From the NCBI GenBank assembly GCA_050331735.1, contig JBHJGN010000004.1:128001-192000 (forward strand): a stretch of DNA of 64,000 nucleotides, given 5' to 3'. The translations under genes were made by a program, and so were the position numbers. Below the pieces are notes generated by a model. It saw nothing but the letters and a program-made list of their open reading frames with translations. It made no database searches and was not told where the DNA came from. Origin of the DNA: Cyanophyceae cyanobacterium (lineage in GTDB: Bacteria > Cyanobacteriota > Cyanobacteriia > Cyanobacteriales > JBHJGN01). Positions within the stretch are counted from its first letter, which is position 1. Each line of letters begins with the position of its first letter. Shown piece by piece: positions 59,821 to 64,000 of this stretch.

Positions 59821-62217
59821 TTGATCAGAGCGGAAACTTTAGAATTATTAGAATGGTCCCGTTTGTGTCAGCATCTTGCTACCTTTGCCGCCACAAAATT
59901 GGGGGCTGTTGCTGCCCGTAACCTGCAAATACCAACGACGAAAGCTCAGAGTTTAGCGCTTTTGGCTCAAACCGAAGAGGTCTACCAGTTAGAAAGTACG
60001 GAGGCTGGACTTTCTTTTGAAGGAATTACCGACATTGGTGACTCGATTGAGCGAGCGGAGCGAGGAGGGATACTCTCAGGCGCAGAATACCTTAATATTG
60101 CGACGACGTTAGCTGGAGTGCGGCGCCTGCGGCGAGCCATCGACGATCGCGAAGATGTTCCAACATTGACCGACCTCATTGAACCAGTCCGCACTTATCC
60201 AGAGCTAGAGCAGGAGATTCATCGCTGCATCGACGATCGCGGTAAGGTGGCCGACCGCGCCAGCCCGAAACTCGAAGAGGTCCGGCGGCAGATTAAAGAC
60301 CTTCGAGACAAAATTTATCAAATTTTACAGCGTATCGTTCAGCGCAGCGGGGCCGTTCAGGAACCAGTGATTACGCAGCGGGGCGATCGCTTCGTGATTC
60401 CCGTTAAAGCTCCCCAAAAAGACCAAATTCCCGGAATTGTTCACGATACCTCCAGTACCGGAGCGACTCTGTATGTAGAACCCCATTCAGTGGTTGGGCT
60501 GAGCAACAAGCTGCGGCAGTACCGCCGCACCGAGCAGGTACAGGAGGAGGCGGTGCTGCGCGCCCTGAGCGAGCAGGTCGCCGCTGTGTCTGAGGATCTC
60601 GAGCAGGTTTTGGCGATCGCCACCGCTCTCGATCTCGCCACGGCTAGGGCCAGGTATAGTGCGTGGCTAGAGGCGAGTCCGCCTCAGTTTATTGCTCCTC
60701 AACAAGAACCGGCCACAACGGTTCTGCAACAGTTGCGTCATCCCTTACTGATTTGGCAGCAGCGCCACGAACAGGGAGCTGACGTCGTTCCCATTGATGC
60801 CCGCATTCAACCCGATATCCGCACGGTGGTCATTACTGGACCCAATACCGGAGGCAAAACGGCAACGCTAAAATCCATCGGTTTAGCGGCACTGATGGCG
60901 AAAGCGGGATTATTTGTGCCAGCGAAGGCCCCCGTTCAGCTACCGTGGTTTTCCCAAATCTTAGCCGACATCGGGGACGAACAGTCCCTGGAGCAGAATC
61001 TCTCGACGTTTTCAGGTCACGTTCGCCGCATTGGTCGGATTTTAGAGGCTCTCCCCTTAGCCGCGTCTAGCGAACCGCACTCTGCTCTAGTTTTGCTCGA
61101 TGAGGTGGGAGCTGGAACCGACCCGGCTGAAGGCAGTGCGCTGGCGATCGCCCTCCTCAAGTATCTGAGCGAACGTGCTCTGCTGACCGTTGCCACAACC
61201 CACTACGGCGAACTGAAAGCCCTCAAGTATCAAGATCCGCGTTTTGAAAACGCCTCCGTCGAGTTTGACGATCAAACCCTTTCTCCAACCTACCGATTGC
61301 TGTGGGGCATTCCCGGTCGCTCTAACGCTCTGACCATTGCCCAGCGTTTAGGACTCAATGTGGCCATCATTGAGCAAGCGAAAGAGCTGATGGGAGGATA
61401 TAGCGAGGATGTCAATGAAATTATTGCGGCTTTAGAGACTCAACGACGCGAGCAGGAAGCGAAAAATCAAGAGGCGACTCAGCTACTAGAGCAAACCGAA
61501 CGCTTCTACGAAGAGGTGTCAGCAAAAGCGACCGCCTTGCAACAGCGAGAACGGGAGCTGAAGCTGTCTCAGGAGCAGGCGGTGCAAGAGGCGATCACTC
61601 AAGCCAAGGAAGAAATTGCCAAAGTGATTCGTCGGCTTCAGCAGGGACCGCAAACCGCCCAGAACGCTCAAAAAGCAACAGAGGCTCTCAATCATATTGC
61701 TGAGCAGCAGCTTCCCCAAGCAGAAGTCCGCACACCTAAACCGGGATACCTGCCTCAGGTAGGCGAACGGGTAAAAATTCCCCGGCTCAATCAAACCGCA
61801 GAAGTATTGACAGCTCCCGACGATGATGGCGAATTAACCGTACGTTTCGGAGTCATGAAAATGACCGTTTCTCTGGCCGATGTTGAATCTCTCGACGGTA
61901 AAAAAGCCGAACCCGTCAAGAAGGCTACCAAAGCGCCTGCACCTCCGCCAACCGCTAAACCAGCACCAACGGTGAGAACGTCCCAAAATACCCTCGATCT
62001 GCGAGGAAGTCGCGTCGCCGATGCCGAAATCGAGCTAGACCAAGCGATTTCCAATGCCGTCAATACCGGAGCAGTCTGGATTATCCACGGTAAAGGAACG
62101 GGTCGTCTGCGTCAGGGAGTGCATGAATGGTTACAGCAGCATCCTCTTGTTAAAAGATTTGAGCTGGCTCCTCAAAACGAAGGCGGAGCGGGAGTAACGA
62201 TTGCTTATCTAAACTAA
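59821..62217 (+). CDS. mutS2: Endonuclease MutS2
   Basis: ITGPNTGGKT, DIGDEQS..QNLSTFSGH, LDEVGAGTDP.EG and the Smr domain IIHGKGTG.LR. Confidence 0.96.
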   Translation: MIRAETLELLEWSRLCQHLATFAATKLGAVAARNLQIPTTKAQSLALLAQTEEVYQLESTEAGLSFEGITDIGDSIERAERGGILSGAEYLNIATTLAGVRRLRRAIDDREDVPTLTDLIEPVRTYPELEQEIHRCIDDRGKVADRASPKLEEVRRQIKDLRDKIYQILQRIVQRSGAVQEPVITQRGDRFVIPVKAPQKDQIPGIVHDTSSTGATLYVEPHSVVGLSNKLRQYRRTEQVQEEAVLRALSEQVAAVSEDLEQVLAIATALDLATARARYSAWLEASPPQFIAPQQEPATTVLQQLRHPLLIWQQRHEQGADVVPIDARIQPDIRTVVITGPNTGGKTATLKSIGLAALMAKAGLFVPAKAPVQLPWFSQILADIGDEQSLEQNLSTFSGHVRRIGRILEALPLAASSEPHSALVLLDEVGAGTDPAEGSALAIALLKYLSERALLTVATTHYGELKALKYQDPRFENASVEFDDQTLSPTYRLLWGIPGRSNALTIAQRLGLNVAIIEQAKELMGGYSEDVNEIIAALETQRREQEAKNQEATQLLEQTERFYEEVSAKATALQQRERELKLSQEQAVQEAITQAKEEIAKVIRRLQQGPQTAQNAQKATEALNHIAEQQLPQAEVRTPKPGYLPQVGERVKIPRLNQTAEVLTAPDDDGELTVRFGVMKMTVSLADVESLDGKKAEPVKKATKAPAPPPTAKPAPTVRTSQNTLDLRGSRVADAEIELDQAISNAVNTGAVWIIHGKGTGRLRQGVHEWLQQHPLVKRFELAPQNEGGAGVTIAYLN

Positions 62218-62403
62218 GTACCTGCTTGACAATTACCGAAAGCGACTGCTCATTCATTGGTACGGACGAAGGAAAGGATAAACAAGGACTGAAAAAGCAA
62301 GGGCATGATGAGTGGGTTTTCCGGCAATGAAAGACGTACGCAAAAGAGGGTGACTTTTGGTCACTCTTATTTTGCCTTAGCATTGAATACCCAATGAAGC
62401 TCT

Positions 62404-63999
62404 CTAGGTGCTCGCTGTTACATCAGCCCGGTCTATCGCGACTAGCTGTTGCCCTGTGCCCCCCAGTTCCGTTTCTCCTGACACGACTGGCTGAGAAGAG
62501 ACGCTCTCTAAACCAAAGCTACTGGGTTCATCTACCAGTAAATCTCCAAATTCGCTAGCGAGCAGCGCAGCCTTGTTCTCGATCAAAGCATCTGAGCTGA
62601 GGGAGGCATTTAGATTAGCCAGTCCTAACGGTCTCGAATTTTGCCAAACGCCTAGTCGTCCCCGGTTATTGCCTTGCAAACTGGTATCTCCACCGATAAC
62701 CGCATCCTCGTCGCCATCACCATCCAAGTCGGCAAAACTGGGAGCCGCATAGAAGCCTACATCAACTCCATTCAAAGGATTGTTCGTTCCCGTTGCCGGA
62801 ATGAAGCGTCCGCCATCGTTGCGATAGTAGCGCAGTCCACCAAACACTTCTCCCACCATCGCATCTTCATCGCCATCGCCGTCAAGATCGCCAAAGCTGG
62901 GAAAGCTAAAGTCTCCAGCATCGATGCCGTTGAGAGGATTGCCTGTACCGGGGGTAAAGGTGAACCGACCGTTGTTGTTTTGGTAGTAGGCCACTCTGCC
63001 GTTCGCCAGTCCGAGAAACGCATCCATATTGCTATCGCCATCGACATTGGCAAAGGCAATGTTGCTGTAGCTCCCGACATCGATACTGTTAAAGGGATTA
63101 GCTGTGCCGATTTGCTCGACAAAGCGACCATTATTGTTCTGATAGAAGCGGATGGTGCCGTCAAAAGCACCGATGGCTAAATCCTGGTCGCGATCGCCGT
63201 CGAGATCGACAAAGATGGGGGTACTGACAAAGCCCACGTCTATGTTGGCAAACGGATTGCGAGCTGGGGCAACCCGGGTAAAGCCGATAGTGTCATTGCG
63301 CAAGTAGAGCAGCCCCCCGTTGATATTCCCTACCGCTGCATCTAAGTCTCCGTCGCTATCGAGGTCGGCAAAAGCGGGGACAGGGCTAGAAGTTGTGCGG
63401 ATATCATTGAGCAGGTTATCTGTTCCAGTGAGTTGCCTATAAGAGAAGGGCACAAGACTCGCTCCCCTTTCCACTGCACCGATATCGACTGAGCGACCTG
63501 CAATCCGCTGTCTACCTGTTTGATCGCCCAGAAACTGCTCTGTAGTGTTGCCATCTTGATCTAGGTCTAAGCTGTCGGTGGCGATGAAGTTGTTGCTACC
63601 CGCATCGATGGCGGGACTGCCGGGGCGCAGAGCATGGGTAGGAGTTAGTCCGCCGTTATCTGCTAACGGTCCTAGCCGAGGATTGGCGTTAATCACATCG
63701 CTGCCCGTGCCGATAGTGCCGTCTTGACCGGCGGCATTGCCAATCAAATTGTTGCGGTTGCCGTTAATCGGACCAGAGACGTCCGGCTGAATATCGCCCG
63801 GTCCGGTGTTGTTAGGGGTGTCGACGTTGCCCGCAATCAGGCTATTGGCAGCGTAAAGCTGATTAAATTCCCGAGAGTAAAGTCCTCCGCCATTACCGCT
63901 GCCGTTGTTATCCGCATCGGCTATGTTCCCAGTGATGGTGCTGTTGATGAGGGTAGTTCTCTGATCGCTGACGCCAGTACTTTTGTAGTAGTTGAAGAT
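62404..63999 (-). CDS. Large exported protein, C-terminal part: beta-helix/choice-of-anchor-Q-like domain plus FG-GAP repeats (starts beyond the window)
   Basis: The frame stays open to the window edge (INSTITGN...GGGLY...NSLIAGN); LGPLADNGGLTPTHAL.PGSPAIDAG motif; repeated F.DLDGDGD.D units. Confidence 0.85.
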   Translation of the reverse strand: MFNYYKSTGVSDQRTTLINSTITGNIADADNNGSGNGGGLYSREFNQLYAANSLIAGNVDTPNNTGPGDIQPDVSGPINGNRNNLIGNAAGQDGTIGTGSDVINANPRLGPLADNGGLTPTHALRPGSPAIDAGSNNFIATDSLDLDQDGNTTEQFLGDQTGRQRIAGRSVDIGAVERGASLVPFSYRQLTGTDNLLNDIRTTSSPVPAFADLDSDGDLDAAVGNINGGLLYLRNDTIGFTRVAPARNPFANIDVGFVSTPIFVDLDGDRDQDLAIGAFDGTIRFYQNNNGRFVEQIGTANPFNSIDVGSYSNIAFANVDGDSNMDAFLGLANGRVAYYQNNNGRFTFTPGTGNPLNGIDAGDFSFPSFGDLDGDGDEDAMVGEVFGGLRYYRNDGGRFIPATGTNNPLNGVDVGFYAAPSFADLDGDGDEDAVIGGDTSLQGNNRGRLGVWQNSRPLGLANLNASLSSDALIENKAALLASEFGDLLVDEPSSFGLESVSSQPVVSGETELGGTGQQLVAIDRADVTAST

Positions 64000-64000
64000 G

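Overview
A 64-kb chromosomal segment from a cyanobacterium, as shown by the frequent HIP1 octamer GCGATCGC, psbQ, an NTRC-type thioredoxin reductase, ctpC, PEP-CTERM proteins and Uma2/DUF29 families. Most of it is core housekeeping: moeA, rpmG-rpsR-RNase II, a B12-binding radical SAM fusion, rplS-tRNA-Trp-secE-nusG-rplK-rplA-rplJ-rplL, ftsQ-ftsZ-thiD, hisS, an ABC-F ATPase, uvrC, psbQ, a DevC/DevA-like ABC pair, tRNA-Gln and mutS2. Features missing from the ORF track include a partial AraC regulator at the left edge, a 54-aa membrane ORF, a probable 6S RNA, the L10 leader and two MITE/STRR-like elements. There are two accessory patches: 28.7-35.8 kb (exported proteins, twin lipoproteins, serine hydrolase, DUF1206) and 50.2-52.1 kb (hairpin-led coiled-coil genes and a truncated STAND fragment). 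The best leads are an L10 with a duplicated L12-binding segment, a 23-bp motif shared upstream of both PEP-CTERM genes, a shared 21-bp promoter motif in the lipoprotein module, and a multi-branched RNA-like element after tRNA-Gln. I saw no CRISPR array, intact transposase, integrase or reverse transcriptase. All family calls come from motif recognition by eye, not database searches.
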